Shown: positions 1-11,916, counted from the first letter of the whole stretch. The stretch: DNA of 62,649 bases, filler included, from Dugesia japonica (GCA_001938525.1; 6 parts of 6 records of this genome joined end to end with filler, not necessarily neighbours in it); one strand, 5' to 3'. Numbers and translations are program-made. The notes: generated from the sequence alone by a model not told the origin.

Positions 1-67
1 GTTTTATTGTTATTCTTATTGTATTTATATGTTTGTAATAGTTTAAATTGAAGTTCCTCAATGTTGT

Positions 68-130
68 TATCAATAATCATTATCAATAATCATTATCAAT
101 AATCATTATCAATAATCATTATCAATAATC
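68..130. repeat. 13-bp tandem repeat (TATCAATAATCAT, about 5 copies)
   Basis: Directly visible tandem copies. Confidence 0.9.
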
Positions 131-154
131 TATAAAACTACGATTCTCGGAAGG

Positions 155-520
155 ATCTAAAATTTGATTTTAATTTTTCCTGAGTCAAATATTATCACCA
201 GTCATATTCCGTGATTAATCCGTGGTAATATTAAATAGTTTCCCCCAATTTAATTGCAGTCTGTCAATATATATTTGGCCCTGTTGTTGATCCATATAAG
301 GAAAAAAGTTTTGCTAGCTCTTCCGTTGCATTCATACTAGAATCCACAGCTCTCATGAAAACGAGTAATTGTGCTGTCTCTACTACATCAGTGCTTTCAT
401 CAAGGGCAATAGAAATACGCTGAAATCGTTTAATTCTCTTTATAAGTTGTATATTGATATTTTCAGAAATTTGTTCAGTTCGTCACGGTATTTCTTATAA
501 AGCGAAATATTTTCAAAAAG
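155..520 (-). mobile_element. Degenerate hAT (Charlie/Buster/GTF2IRD2-like) transposase fragment
   Basis: Minus strand reads RISIALDESTDVVETAQLLVFMRAV...TEELAK, the typical hAT first catalytic Asp region; interrupted by stops and frameshifts. Confidence 0.85.
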
Positions 521-1218
521 ATTAGGAAGAAGATGGGCGACGCACGCATGTTTTCAACGAAAAGCCGTCATTAAATGATGTAGATTTTCGGAAAGCTCGC
601 ATAAAACTTATTGGATAAACTTCTTATTGATTTATATTGGAAAATTAATGTTTCGATCTCAAAGATTTATCTGACAATTTAGTTCGAGGTTTTGTGCAAA
701 AATTATTTGCAAGTGAAAACGATCTCTAGGAATCAATTGATCTAGGTCTGATGGTGCTGAGTGCATTAGAAAGACGTTCCAGATTTCCTGTTAGTTTTCC
801 ATTCGATCTTGATAAGGTAAATAATTCTCGTCGGGGAATTCGTGAGAGATTTCCTGTTTGCCGTGATCAATTGAATTAATGATCAGGATCAAAACGGATT
901 CTAAATTCATCTTGACATTTCATAGTCGCATAAGTTGTTTTCTTGAATTCGTTCTTCTTCGTCAATTAGTAGATTTTGATGGAGTTTTTTTATCGAGTTT
1001 GTTTAACGATTTGACAACATCTTATAAGTTTGAGTTTAATCGCTGATCAACATATGAGTTGATGTTTGTTAAAAGAGGAGCATTGCTGATTTCATTATTT
1101 TGTTCGGTTGATTTTTCTAGCATAAATTCAATTGCAAAGCATGCAGTCCTTTGTTTCGATTTTTTTATAACTCAGGACATTTACTGGTGATTTTAGAGTT
1201 CAATATTTATACTCTCCA

Positions 1219-3700
1219 ATAATTAATTAAAATTAAAAATAATTAATTAAAATCTAAATTAATTAATTAAATTCAAAAATAATTAATTAAAATCAAAACT
1301 GATTAATTAAATTCAAAAATAATTAATTAAAATCAAAAATAATTAATTAAATTCAAAAATAATTAATTAAAATCAAAANNNNNNNNNNNNNNNNNNNNNN
1401 NNNNNNNNNNNNNNNNNNNNNNNNNNNNNNNNNNNNNNNNNNNNNNNNNNNNNNNNNNNNNNNNNNNNNNNNNNNNNNNNNNNNNNNNNNNNNNNNNNNN
1501 NNNNNNNNNNNNNNNNNNNNNNNNNNNNNNNNNNNNNNNNNNNNNNNNNNNNNNNNNNNNNNNNNNNNNNNNNNNNNNNNNNNNNNNNNNNNNNNNNNNN
1601 NNNNNNNNNNNNNNNNNNNNNNNNNNNNNNNNNNNNNNNNNNNNNNNNNNNNNNNNNNNNNNNNNNNNNNNNNNNNNNNNNNNNNNNNNNNNNNNNNNNN
1701 NNNNNNNNNNNNNNNNNNNNNNNNNNNNNNNNNNNNNNNNNNNNNNNNNNNNNNNNNNNNNNNNNNNNNNNNNNNNNNNNNNNNNNNNNNNNNNNNNNNN
1801 NNNNNNNNNNNNNNNNNNNNNNNNNNNNNNNNNNNNNNNNACTGATTAATTAAATTCAAAAATAATTAATTAAATTCAAAAATAATTAATTAAAATCAAA
1901 AATAATTAATTAAAATCTAAAATAATTTATTAAAATTAAAAATAATTAATTAAAATCTAAAAAAATTTATTAAAATCTAAAATAATGAATTAAAATTAAA
2001 AATAATTAATTAAAATCTAAAATAATTAATTAAAATCTAAAATAATTAATTAAAATCTAAATTAATTTATTAAAATCTAAAATAATTAATTAAAATCTAA
2101 AATAATTTATTAAAATTAAAAATAATTAATTAAAATCTAAAATAATTTATCAAAATTAAAAACAATTAATTAAAATCTAAAATAATTAATTAAAATTAAA
2201 AATAATTAATTAAAATCTGAAATAATTAATTAAAATTAAAAATAATTAATTAAAATCTAAAATAATTAATTAAAATTAAAAATACTTAATTAAAATCTAA
2301 AATTATCAATTAAAATCTAAAATAATTAATTAAAATCTAAAATAATTAATTAAAATCTAAAAAAATTAATTAAAATTAAAAATAATTATTTAAAATGAAA
2401 AATAATTAATTAAAATCTAAAATAATTAATTAAAATCTAAAATAATTAATTAAAATCAAAAATAATTAATTAAAATCAAAAATAATTTATTAACATCTAA
2501 AATAATTAATTAAAATAAAAAATAAATAATTAAAATAAAAACTGATTAATTAAAATCAAATATAATTAATTTAAATCAAAAATAATTTATTAAAATCTAA
2601 AATAATTAATTAAAATTAAAAATAATTAATTAAAATCTGAAATAATTAATTAAAATTAAAAATAATTAAAATTAAAATCTAAAATAATTAATTAAAATCT
2701 AAAATAATTAATTAAAATCTAAAATAATTAATTAAAATTAAAAATAATTAATTAAAATCTAAAATAATTAATTAAAATTAAAAATAATTAATTAAAATCA
2801 AAAATAATGAATTAAAATAAAAACTGATTAATTAAAATTAAAAATAATTAATTAAAATGAAAAATAATTAATTAAAATCTAAAATAATTAATTTAAATTC
2901 AAAAATAATTAATTAAAATCAAAAATAATTTATTAACATCTAAAATAATTTATTAACATCTAAAATAATTAATTAAAATCTAAAATAATTAATTAAAATC
3001 TAAAATAATTAATTAAAATTAAAAATAATTAATTAAAATAAAAAATAATGAATTAAAATAAAAAGTAATTAATTAAAATCTAAAATAAATAATTAAAATA
3101 AAAACTGATTAATTAAAATCAAATATAATTAATTAAAATCAAAAATAATTTATTAAAATCTAAAATAATGAATTAAAATAAAAACTAATTAATTAAAATC
3201 TAAAATAAATAATATATATAAAAAAATAATTAATTAAAATCAGAAATAATTAATTAAAATCTAAAATAATTAATCAAAATCTAAAATAATTATTAAAAAT
3301 TGAAAAATAATTCATTAAAATAAAAAATAATTAATTAAAATTAAAAATAATTAATTAAAATCAAAAATAATTAAAATTAAAATCAAAAATAATTAATTAA
3401 AATCTAAATTAATTAATTAAATTCTAAAATGATTAATTAAAATCCAAAATAATTCATTAAAATCTAAAGTAATTAATTAAATTATAAAATGATTAATTAA
3501 AATATAAAATAATTAATTAAAATCAAAATTAATTAAAATTAAAATCAAAAATAATTAATTAAAATCTAAATTAATTAATAAAAATCTAAAATAATTAATT
3601 CATATCTAAAATGATTAATTAAAATCTAAATTAATTAATTAAAATTAGAAATAATCATTAATTAAAATCTAAATTAATTTTAAAAAATCTAAATTGATTC
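1219..3700. repeat. 20-bp AT-rich satellite (consensus AATAATTAATTAAAATCTAA), about 2.5 kb including an N gap
   Basis: Directly visible 20-bp periodicity with variant units. Confidence 0.97.
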
Positions 3701-3761
3701 ATTTCGAAACAGTGTAAAAAAATAGTTGGGTGTATTATTTAAATGAAAATCTAATAAAAAG

Positions 3762-4333
3762 TTATAAAACCTTGAAAGAATAGAAATCCTCGTCCGCCAA
3801 GGCTGATGACACCAGTGATGGTTGCCCGAGATCTAATATAGAATCTACTTGATAAAGAAACAATTTTGATCCCAATTTATAAATTAATCGATTGCGATAA
3901 ATCATTAGTAGAGAATAATATAAAACTGCACAAAGACACAGCAAAATAAGGCATATGTAAAAAGGCAACATAAAATCTTCCCCTGTTTTTACAGGCTCAA
4001 GTAAACATTGAATAGTTTCGGTGGAATTCTTATTAGTTCTACTCTGAATGCAATAATTATAACTATCGTTTCCTTTAAAATAGGTAAAATTCCTGGATCA
4101 ATGAAAAATGAAATAAGAGTAAAAGATAACAAAATATCTTACTTGCAAATTGTTTCACTTTTATTTTTAACCCAAAAATCAACAATAAAATTCAGATAAA
4201 ATGTAAAATCTAAACTTTCGTTATTCCTAACTGAAAAATTTGTCCTTAAGCATTTATAGCAGTCACGATATTGATATTGAAAAACGACAGTCTCATTCAA
4301 TTCATTGAGCAAGCGAAAATTAACTACACTCAT
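3762..4333 (-). CDS. HGSNAT: N-terminal exons of a heparan-alpha-glucosaminide N-acetyltransferase (HGSNAT/TMEM76)-like gene; exon 4333-4143, 50-nt intron 4142-4093, exon 4092 to about 3771; remainder not found
   Basis: A GTAAG...CCAG intron joins ORFs 4139-4333 and 3762-3971 in frame: LLNELNETVVFQYQYRDCYKCL...ETICKNFTYF...IQCLLEPVKTGEDFMLPFYICLILL(TM)...DLGQPS. This resembles, from memory, the HGSNAT luminal domain (HNEL..CYHCL..EVC..IACDL..DSNLPV) plus TM1 and the ELGSPS motif. Possible donor AAG/GTTTT near 3770. Confidence 0.62.
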
Positions 4334-5193
4334 AAGTAGATGTTTATATAATTATTTCCAAAAATAGAATTATAACCAGAAAATTTTAAATTGAACAATT
4401 TTTATTTGAAAAATTAGGTTGTGGAATATTTAAACAACTACCGATATAGGGATTGACTCAATCAACACAACTGATGAACGGTTTTCGTGAAATTCTAGTC
4501 AATAATAATCGTTAGTAAGAAATCTAACTTTTTTAAGAAAACTTAATTTTATTAAATATTGCGTGTTTTAAAAAATTCTTGAGGTGAATATTGTATATGT
4601 AATGAGACTAAAATCACCGATGGCGTTATAAAATATAATACAGGTGGTTTAGATACTGTAAATTCAATAATAATATCTTATTATAAAGTTAAGATGACCA
4701 GATTTTAACATTCATAAAGCTGGACACCACCGACCGGGGGCAGGGTTCTTAATAATAAATTTGGTCTATATATATATATATATATATATCTTTATTATAA
4801 AAATCCAATCAAAACATTTTTGAGAGGAGTGATTTTGAAAACTGTTATAAAAGCAACTGAAAAAAATAAGTTTCGCAGTTATATTCAGTGGGAACAATGT
4901 TAAGAAACAGCCTGATCACTTATAACAAAAGAGAATCTTGTTAATAAAATGGTGCTTGTCATATGCGCTTAGACAGGAACAAATATATATACAAGGTGAG
5001 ATACAAGGGCATATATGCTCCGAAGAGTGAAATGTGAAACTTATACTCAGCGTGGAAGATGAAAACAAAACAGATAAATAAGATAATAAAGATAGAGAGA
5101 TGTAAATGGCAAGAGGAACTAGAATAAATCAAACTATTCAAACGAGATATATAGGAATTAAAGAACTCAAAATTTAGAGTAAAAAGTAATAAA

Positions 5194-5460
5194 TTGAAAA
5201 CAAGTGATGGGAAGATTTTGATTCCGAAAGATAAAAGAATATCAATGATCAAAGAGATACATACATTAATAACACATGCAGTAACAGAGAAAATGGTCAG
5301 CTACATAATCAAAGACCACGACATGGAAGAACTGAAGATGACAATAGCAGAAGTGATAAGACAATGTGAAGCGTGCCCAAAGAGCAAAGTTAATACAAGG
5401 ACAATAAAAAGTATAGTAAAATCAAGCTCAAGATATCTATTTAAAAAGATATATATATGA
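5194..5460 (+). mobile_element. Gypsy LTR-retrotransposon integrase fragment (HHCC zinc-binding domain)
   Basis: KEIHTLITHA...VIRQCEACPKSK: H-H-C-C integrase N-terminal motif, similar to the element at 36550-36690. Confidence 0.8.
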
Positions 5461-6707
5461 ACATATGTGGGTCTTTGAATTTTGGTTTTCATTAATGAAT
5501 TTTTATTTACTCAAATGAATTTTTCGGGAAAGTTATCATTCACTAACGATTTTTCGTAATTTTCCAAAATACGAAAATAAAGTAAGACTTAGATCAAAAA
5601 GATTTCAAAAAAATGTTTTTTTTAAAAATTTTATATTCAAGTTACAAAAAATTTTAAAAAACTTTTTTATTTTCCCCAAATTTTCGATTTTACCTTTCTC
5701 AGTAGTTAACTCATCCCAGTGCAGAAACTATATTAAAACACACCATTTTTCAACACATAATATTGCGACTTGCTTATGATGAAATGTAAATAGATTGGTC
5801 ATAAAATATTATAAATAATTTTTTATAAAGTGGTAATTCAAGAAATTACTAAGTGACAATCTAGACAATAAACAGGTTGAGCGTCACTAACCAAAATGTT
5901 GTATTAAATATACAGTTAATCAGATATCATAACGATTTTATTCATGATTTTTTATTGATCTTATTAAAAAATGAAGAATTCGATAAATATCGGGTAATAT
6001 TGGGTAAAATTGTTTTAATAAAAGAAATTCATAAAACGAATTATAAAAGAAAACTGTATTGGAATGAAAGTAAGATGAATTACAGGAAACCTAAAATAGA
6101 AATGTATTGATTTTATTATATTTACTGAAACATTTCGACACTTACAATAGAAACAAATGATTACGTAAACTGTGATTTATGTATTTTTAAATTTACTGGT
6201 AAAAATTGTTGACAAATATGCATAAACTGTAACTAAAGATTGAAGAACTATTGGTAATAAATAAGAACATTTTGCAACAAATAATTGAAAACAAATTATT
6301 GAGTGAACAGAATAAAGAAGTATTTAACTGTAAAATAAATCTGATTAATAATGCTGTCTTGAACAAAAGCGGGGCCTTGAAAGAAATAATAATAGAAAAA
6401 TTCTCGAAATAGAAACAAAAATCTTTGTTTTAGTTTTATTATATACACTAGAAAAACTTTTATTAATATAATTAATTACGTAATTTAAATTATTATAAAA
6501 TTTTTTATCTTTTGTTTTGGAAAAAAATTACCATAAAATAATTTATTAATTAACATTTTCTTAAAAAACGGGAACAACGTGGGTTCGTTTGCTGATTATT
6601 CTGAAAACAAATTTTAACACACTCAAATCTAAACAAAGATCAAACATATATATTTAAGATTAAATTCGATAATTAAGACAATTTTGTGGAGAATATCTTC
6701 AAAAGTC

Positions 6708-6742
6708 AATTCCTGACGAAAATAAAGTCGAAAATTAGAATT
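6708..6742 (+). ncRNA. Minimal type I hammerhead ribozyme (stem II decayed), Penelope-like/retrozyme type
   Basis: AATTC-CTGACGA-A-AAT AAA GTC-GAA-AATT-A-GAATT: 5-bp stem I, intact core, palindromic stem III. Confidence 0.65.
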
Positions 6743-6841
6743 ATCAAAAACAAATTTTGATCGAAGATTTTATTATATTTCAATCACGATCAATGGTTAC
6801 ACTAAACAATTATTCTCACAATAGTTGTGATTGTATAAGAG

Positions 6842-7124
6842 CAGGGGTGCAAAACATACGGCTCTCAAATATGGTACATGCGGCACGGAACCCAAGTTTA
6901 TGAAAAATCCAAAATGTATATTTTTATAGAAATTTAATTCTATACAACCAACTAGCTCCAAAATGATACTTTAACCGTGATATATTAAATTTTTAAATTA
7001 TATAGTATAGTACAGTAGCTATAATAATGCATAACCTTCGGCCCGGAATCTTTACACGCGTGGCCTGCGACATTGATTTAAACTGATGATGCGGCCCGTC
7101 TAGATAAACAATTGTGCACTCATG
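6842..7124. mobile_element. Non-autonomous hAT element (MITE), 283 bp
   Basis: Ends CAGGGGTGCAAAA / TTGTGCACTCATG (imperfect TIR), subterminal GCGGCCCG-type motifs, 8-bp TSD TATAAGAG/TATCAGAG (7/8 match). Confidence 0.85.
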
Positions 7125-8192
7125 TATCAGAGAACGCCTTTGTTATAAGTTACAACCCATTTTATTTACTCAAAACAAAATGAACAGTTCGACATTAACA
7201 ATTGGAAACAAATGATAGAATAAATTGTGATTTAGATACATTATTGTACATCAACTATAACTGAAGAACTATTGATAATATATCATTGTTGTAAAAATGA
7301 AACGTAGATCATATTTTGCAACAAACAAATTATTACGCCAACAGAATTCAACTGTAAAACAAATCTGATTATCAGGGCTGTCCGAAAAAAGCGGTACTTA
7401 AAAAAATTTCATACAAAATTAATCACAGAAAAATTGTCAAAGTAGAATAAAAAAAATCGTTGTTTTAGTTCTACTATATTACACTAGAAAAATTTTATTA
7501 ATATAATTAATTACATATTTAAATTATTAAGTTATTTATGGTAATTTTTTTCTAAAATAGATAATTTATTAATAACTTTTTTAAAAAAACTGTGAAAACG
7601 CGGGACAATGTTTGCTGATTATTCTGAAAGCAAATCTTAACACACTGAAATTTAAATAAAGATAAACCATTTAACTTGTTATTCAACTTCAATCAAAAGA
7701 CAATTTTGTGGGAAATACCTTTGTTATGATACTTGTTTGTAGCAACCACTTTAATTAGAACAAATTTAAAAATTATTAAGTTTAATAATACAAACAAAAT
7801 TATTGAAGAATTACTGAGCAAATTAAGAGTAAAAAAACAACTAAGACCATAAGAGGAAATATTTACTTTTAAAACATTTTAGAATAATTATTATTAATAT
7901 TTTTNNNNATTATTAATATTTTTATTGATTATGAATATTTATATTGATTATTAATATTATTTATTACAATAGAAAACTTTTATTAATAAAATTAATTACA
8001 TATTTAAATTATCAAGTTATTTATGGTAATTTTTTTCAAAAACAAAAGATGAAAATAATTTATTAATAACATTTTATTAAAAAACCGGAACAACGTGGAG
8101 CCTTGTTTGCTGATTATTCTGAAAGCAAATATTAACAAACTAGTAAATAAACAACGAAAACGATAATTGGAAATATTTATTTTTAAAACATT

Positions 8193-11100
8193 TTACAAAG
8201 TTGCAGTTTCGTGTCGAGTCAAAGTGAGTCTTGGTGTGATTTGCATGGTCATCAATTCCTGCAACAACAACTTGGTAGCGTAAGGCATGACAACTGAAGA
8301 AATATGCTGACTCGACCGACACATCTGGCACCACTCCTTGCTAGACGCCAACAATCCACACTGCTCACAAACCCATGCTCGGAATGGATCACTGCTGAGT
8401 AACATTCTCTCCTTTAGAATTTGCGATGCTCCATAACCTATCAGACAATCTCGTTCCATCTCACCAACCCTCAAACCTCCGTCATTCGATCGTCCAACCA
8501 CCGGTTGTCGGGTGAGTGGTTGATTCTTACCTAAATCCCTAGCGTGCACCTTATCTTGTACCATGTGTTTGAGGCGCTGGTAGAACACTGGACCCATGTA
8601 CACGTCGTACTCCATGATGCGGCCGTTCTTACCGGACATCAGCAACTCTTTTCCCGACATGGAGAACCCATTGGACCGCATAACCGTCGGGTAATCATCA
8701 TCGATATCCTTGTGCCCAGCCTCGCGGAATGCGGAACTGTCCCGGAACTGTCCGTCCATAACTGCGCTCTTGTTCGCCAATAACTCTATCAATTTCCCCA
8801 CTGTCATTCTGCTGGGGAATCCGTGCGGGTTCATTATGATATCTGGGACAAGTCCATCCTCTGAGTACGGCATTTCCGAGAGAGGAACAACTCGTCCAAT
8901 CACACCTTTCTGACCGTGTCGACTGCTCAATTTGTCCCCTACCTCTGGCTTTCGGTTCTGACTAGTTTTCACACGTACCAAGGTGTAGTGCCCGTCAACA
9001 GACATCATCACCTCGGTGCATATCGTGGGCTCATTGCCTTGGTACGAGGTCGTCGAGGATTTCTTCTCTAATGGCATCCTCTCAGTGATTGACGCCATAA
9101 TTGGATCTCTTACTGGGTTCACGATCTTGTGGATCACGAACTGTCCGTTCTTCACCGTTGCTCCGATATGTGGTAAACCGTCGAGATCGATCGCTTGTGC
9201 ACGTTTGTCCTCCTTCAGTGACACTCCGAGATCTTCGTTTTCTTTGATTGATTCAGTGAAGCATTTGTTAGTGAGGCTGCGGAACAATCCTCGTTGGAGG
9301 GACGCCTCGTTGATGATGAGGGCGTCCTCGATATCGTACCCGCCGAAACAGGTTATCGCGACAATCGCGTTCTGTCCGGCAGGCAATTGGTGGTAATTAA
9401 TGAGTGATCCTACTTGCGAGATCGTGAGTGGTCGCTGTGGGGAAATGAGGACGTGCTGAGTACCATCAGGACGCAATCGCTGATTGGTGGAGATGACACC
9501 AAGTGCTTGTTTGCCCATGGCGCATTGGTAGGTGTTTCTTGGGCTCTGATTGTGATGCGGGAACGGAATCAGACTCGCCACCGACCCGAGAATCGTGGCG
9601 TGATCGATATCGAGATGAGTTGAGTCCTTGGTTACCAATGATTCATTCATAGCAACAAGACACTCAGCGTACCCCTCCAGCGCGTCCAGATACTCCACCA
9701 CGCCCTCACTCACGAGATTTAACCAACCCACTTGTTTGTGTTCCCCCTGGATTCCAGCTAGGTACTCCTTAGTTAATTTGCTGCGGCCCTCCTCAACAAT
9801 CACGTAGGGACGCACCATTCTCCCCCCGTCGCTGCAAACATGCAATGTTTTCATTTCCTCCTCGTAATAGATCGACACGTGCGGATGGAACAATCCTTCT
9901 CTTCGTTTCCGCCTGAGGAACGCTCCGAATTCTTTCGGTCTATCTGTCCATCCAATCGGAACTCCGTTGATCATGATCAAGAACATTTCCGATCCGTGGC
10001 GGAACGTGGACAAATCCCCACTTGCGTACATCCTAATGAAGCGTTCCAGCTGGTTCTGTTGTTCCGGGGCGAGATTTAGCGTGATTTCCACGAGGAACGC
10101 GAGATTCTTCACGAGCCCGCATGCCTCCCCTTCTGGCGTGTCGGCGTCGCACACAAACCCAAATTGGCTCAAATGAATCGCTCTAGCACCAGAGATCTTC
10201 CTGACCTTCTCAAACTGGCTGCTGATCCTGCCGAGATGCCCCAGCGTAGCGATATAGCTCAATCGATTGAGAACTTGCGTCACCCCGGTCCGCGACATGG
10301 AGAACCTCTGTAGATGCCAGTTTCCAGTGAAACAAGCGTGCAGCATGCCCTCGGTGATGAAGGCCTGCTTGATGTATTGACAAGGATCGAGCTGGGTGGT
10401 CTTGTTCGCATTGATCGTTTTCTGCAGCTCCAGCTGCAAGCTCGACACCATCGATTGGAACTTGTCCTCGAACATCAGTGACAAATACGTTCCGACCATT
10501 TCCAACCGTTTGATCCCGTAGAAATCTCGATCGTCTGGGGAAACTCGCGCGATGCTGCCTCCGCCTCCGCCTCCATCGCCACCCTCCGCCAGGAGGATCC
10601 TGCGCACCATCAAGCCGAGATATCTCGCCCGATTGATCATGTTGTCGGGGCTGCCTTCTACGTGGTTCAGAACTCGACGATTCAGTTCTTGTCGAGCCAT
10701 CAACAAACTTCTTTCTTCTTCTTCCAGCGAGCTCGGATTTGTCGTCATTTTGTTGTCTTTATTCATCGCAACTTTGATCTTCGGAATCAACCAGAACAAC
10801 GCTTGCTTCTGCGAGAAAATTCCCAGCCCAATCGATTCTTTAACACTGCAAATCAGCTCGTTGTGAAGGTTCGATTCGACTCCGATCGATTCGAAAATAT
10901 CTTTGTGAGCGAACATGTTGAACGCGGCAAACAGAACGAAGAGAGGAATCGATTCGGTGAACAAAGAATTCTGCACATAGAAATATCCGCTGTTCTTGAA
11001 AACTGTCGTTTTCGTTTTATTGATCACTGTAAAACTCGTCACATGGCAAACGATATCGGTGTCGGGTAACTTCTCGGATAACGGCAATTTTATCCCTCCT

Positions 11101-11627
11101 TTCTTCGTGATTTTCGATTTCTCAATTATCATTCGGTTTTTTGCCATTTGTTCTTGCATTAGAAAAACTCGTTCTGTTCCTTTCGTGATAAAATATCCAC
11201 CCGTGTCGTAAATACATTCCCATTTTTCGGTTAATTTCTCTGTCGGCATTTCATATAAATTACACATTTTCGATTTTAACATCACCGGTAAACGTCCGAT
11301 TATAAATTTTTCAGTTTTAATAAGTTTATTACCTGGGCCGGGATATTGGATATCAACAGTTATATCGGCAGCATAAGTCAAATTTCTCAGTCGACATTGG
11401 TGTGGGTATAAAGGAATTTTCACATGATATTCGAATATTGCTGGTTTTTCAACTTTTATATTGGAAAATTGAACAAAATATTTAGAATTTGGAATATCAA
11501 TTCTACCATGAGTTTTTACGATTTTTCCCATTTCAACTTCAACAAAATGATTAAATGAATCGAGATGATGTCTAACAAGACTATGAGATTCATTGTATAA
11601 TTTTACTAATGAATTCGTTTGATCCAT
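8193..11627 (-). CDS. POLR3B: DNA-directed RNA polymerase III second-largest subunit (RPC2/POLR3B)-like protein, 1144 aa, intronless and divergent
   Basis: Pol III-type signatures PFPHHNQSPRNTYQCAMGKQA, GYDIEDA, GDKLSSRHGQKG, PDIIMNPHGFPSRMTVGKLIELL, LKHMV.DK.HAR, GEMERDCLIGYGAS, plus a C-terminal CxxC...CxxC zinc ribbon; single uninterrupted ORF. Confidence 0.95.
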   Translation of the reverse strand: MDQTNSLVKLYNESHSLVRHHLDSFNHFVEVEMGKIVKTHGRIDIPNSKYFVQFSNIKVEKPAIFEYHVKIPLYPHQCRLRNLTYAADITVDIQYPGPGNKLIKTEKFIIGRLPVMLKSKMCNLYEMPTEKLTEKWECIYDTGGYFITKGTERVFLMQEQMAKNRMIIEKSKITKKGGIKLPLSEKLPDTDIVCHVTSFTVINKTKTTVFKNSGYFYVQNSLFTESIPLFVLFAAFNMFAHKDIFESIGVESNLHNELICSVKESIGLGIFSQKQALFWLIPKIKVAMNKDNKMTTNPSSLEEEERSLLMARQELNRRVLNHVEGSPDNMINRARYLGLMVRRILLAEGGDGGGGGGSIARVSPDDRDFYGIKRLEMVGTYLSLMFEDKFQSMVSSLQLELQKTINANKTTQLDPCQYIKQAFITEGMLHACFTGNWHLQRFSMSRTGVTQVLNRLSYIATLGHLGRISSQFEKVRKISGARAIHLSQFGFVCDADTPEGEACGLVKNLAFLVEITLNLAPEQQNQLERFIRMYASGDLSTFRHGSEMFLIMINGVPIGWTDRPKEFGAFLRRKRREGLFHPHVSIYYEEEMKTLHVCSDGGRMVRPYVIVEEGRSKLTKEYLAGIQGEHKQVGWLNLVSEGVVEYLDALEGYAECLVAMNESLVTKDSTHLDIDHATILGSVASLIPFPHHNQSPRNTYQCAMGKQALGVISTNQRLRPDGTQHVLISPQRPLTISQVGSLINYHQLPAGQNAIVAITCFGGYDIEDALIINEASLQRGLFRSLTNKCFTESIKENEDLGVSLKEDKRAQAIDLDGLPHIGATVKNGQFVIHKIVNPVRDPIMASITERMPLEKKSSTTSYQGNEPTICTEVMMSVDGHYTLVRVKTSQNRKPEVGDKLSSRHGQKGVIGRVVPLSEMPYSEDGLVPDIIMNPHGFPSRMTVGKLIELLANKSAVMDGQFRDSSAFREAGHKDIDDDYPTVMRSNGFSMSGKELLMSGKNGRIMEYDVYMGPVFYQRLKHMVQDKVHARDLGKNQPLTRQPVVGRSNDGGLRVGEMERDCLIGYGASQILKERMLLSSDPFRAWVCEQCGLLASSKEWCQMCRSSQHISSVVMPYATKLLLQELMTMQITPRLTLTRHETATL

Positions 11628-11781
11628 AACTATAAAATGTCATAAATAAATTAATTAAAATCAAATAAAAATTACAATTTAATTCAAAAATATATTAAAA
11701 TGTATTATTTAAACAATATTATATTCACTAATCTAATTATTAGACCAAATATACTCAAAATATAAGATCAGTAACTTTATT

Positions 11782-11881
11782 NNNNNNNNNNNNNNNNNNN
11801 NNNNNNNNNNNNNNNNNNNNNNNNNTTAATTAATTAANNNNNNNNNNNNNNNNNNNNNNNNNNNNNNNNNNNNNNNNNNNN
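11782..11881. other. Artificial contig-joining spacer (44N + TTAATTAATTAA + 44N)
   Basis: Exactly 100 bp with a six-frame stop 12-mer; the same structure recurs five times. Confidence 0.95.
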
Positions 11882-11882
11882 T

Positions 11883-11916
<34 letters not shown>

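Larger units (their letters stand above)
6130..8140. repeat. Three diverged direct copies of an AT-rich block (about 6130-6700, 7185-7720 and partial 7965-8140)
   Basis: Shared strings such as TTTGCTGATTATTCTGAAA and TAGAAAA..TTTATTAATA..ATTAATTAC occur in all three copies. Confidence 0.8.

Noticed and set aside
1219-3700. CRISPR-like or coding interpretation of the periodic array (ORF 1353-1859)
   Set aside because: No unique spacers; it is a plain 20-bp satellite, and the ORF is mostly N.
8544-11211. Multiple plus-strand ORFs antisense to the polymerase gene
   Set aside because: Expected shadow ORFs of a GC-rich coding strand; no recognisable motifs.
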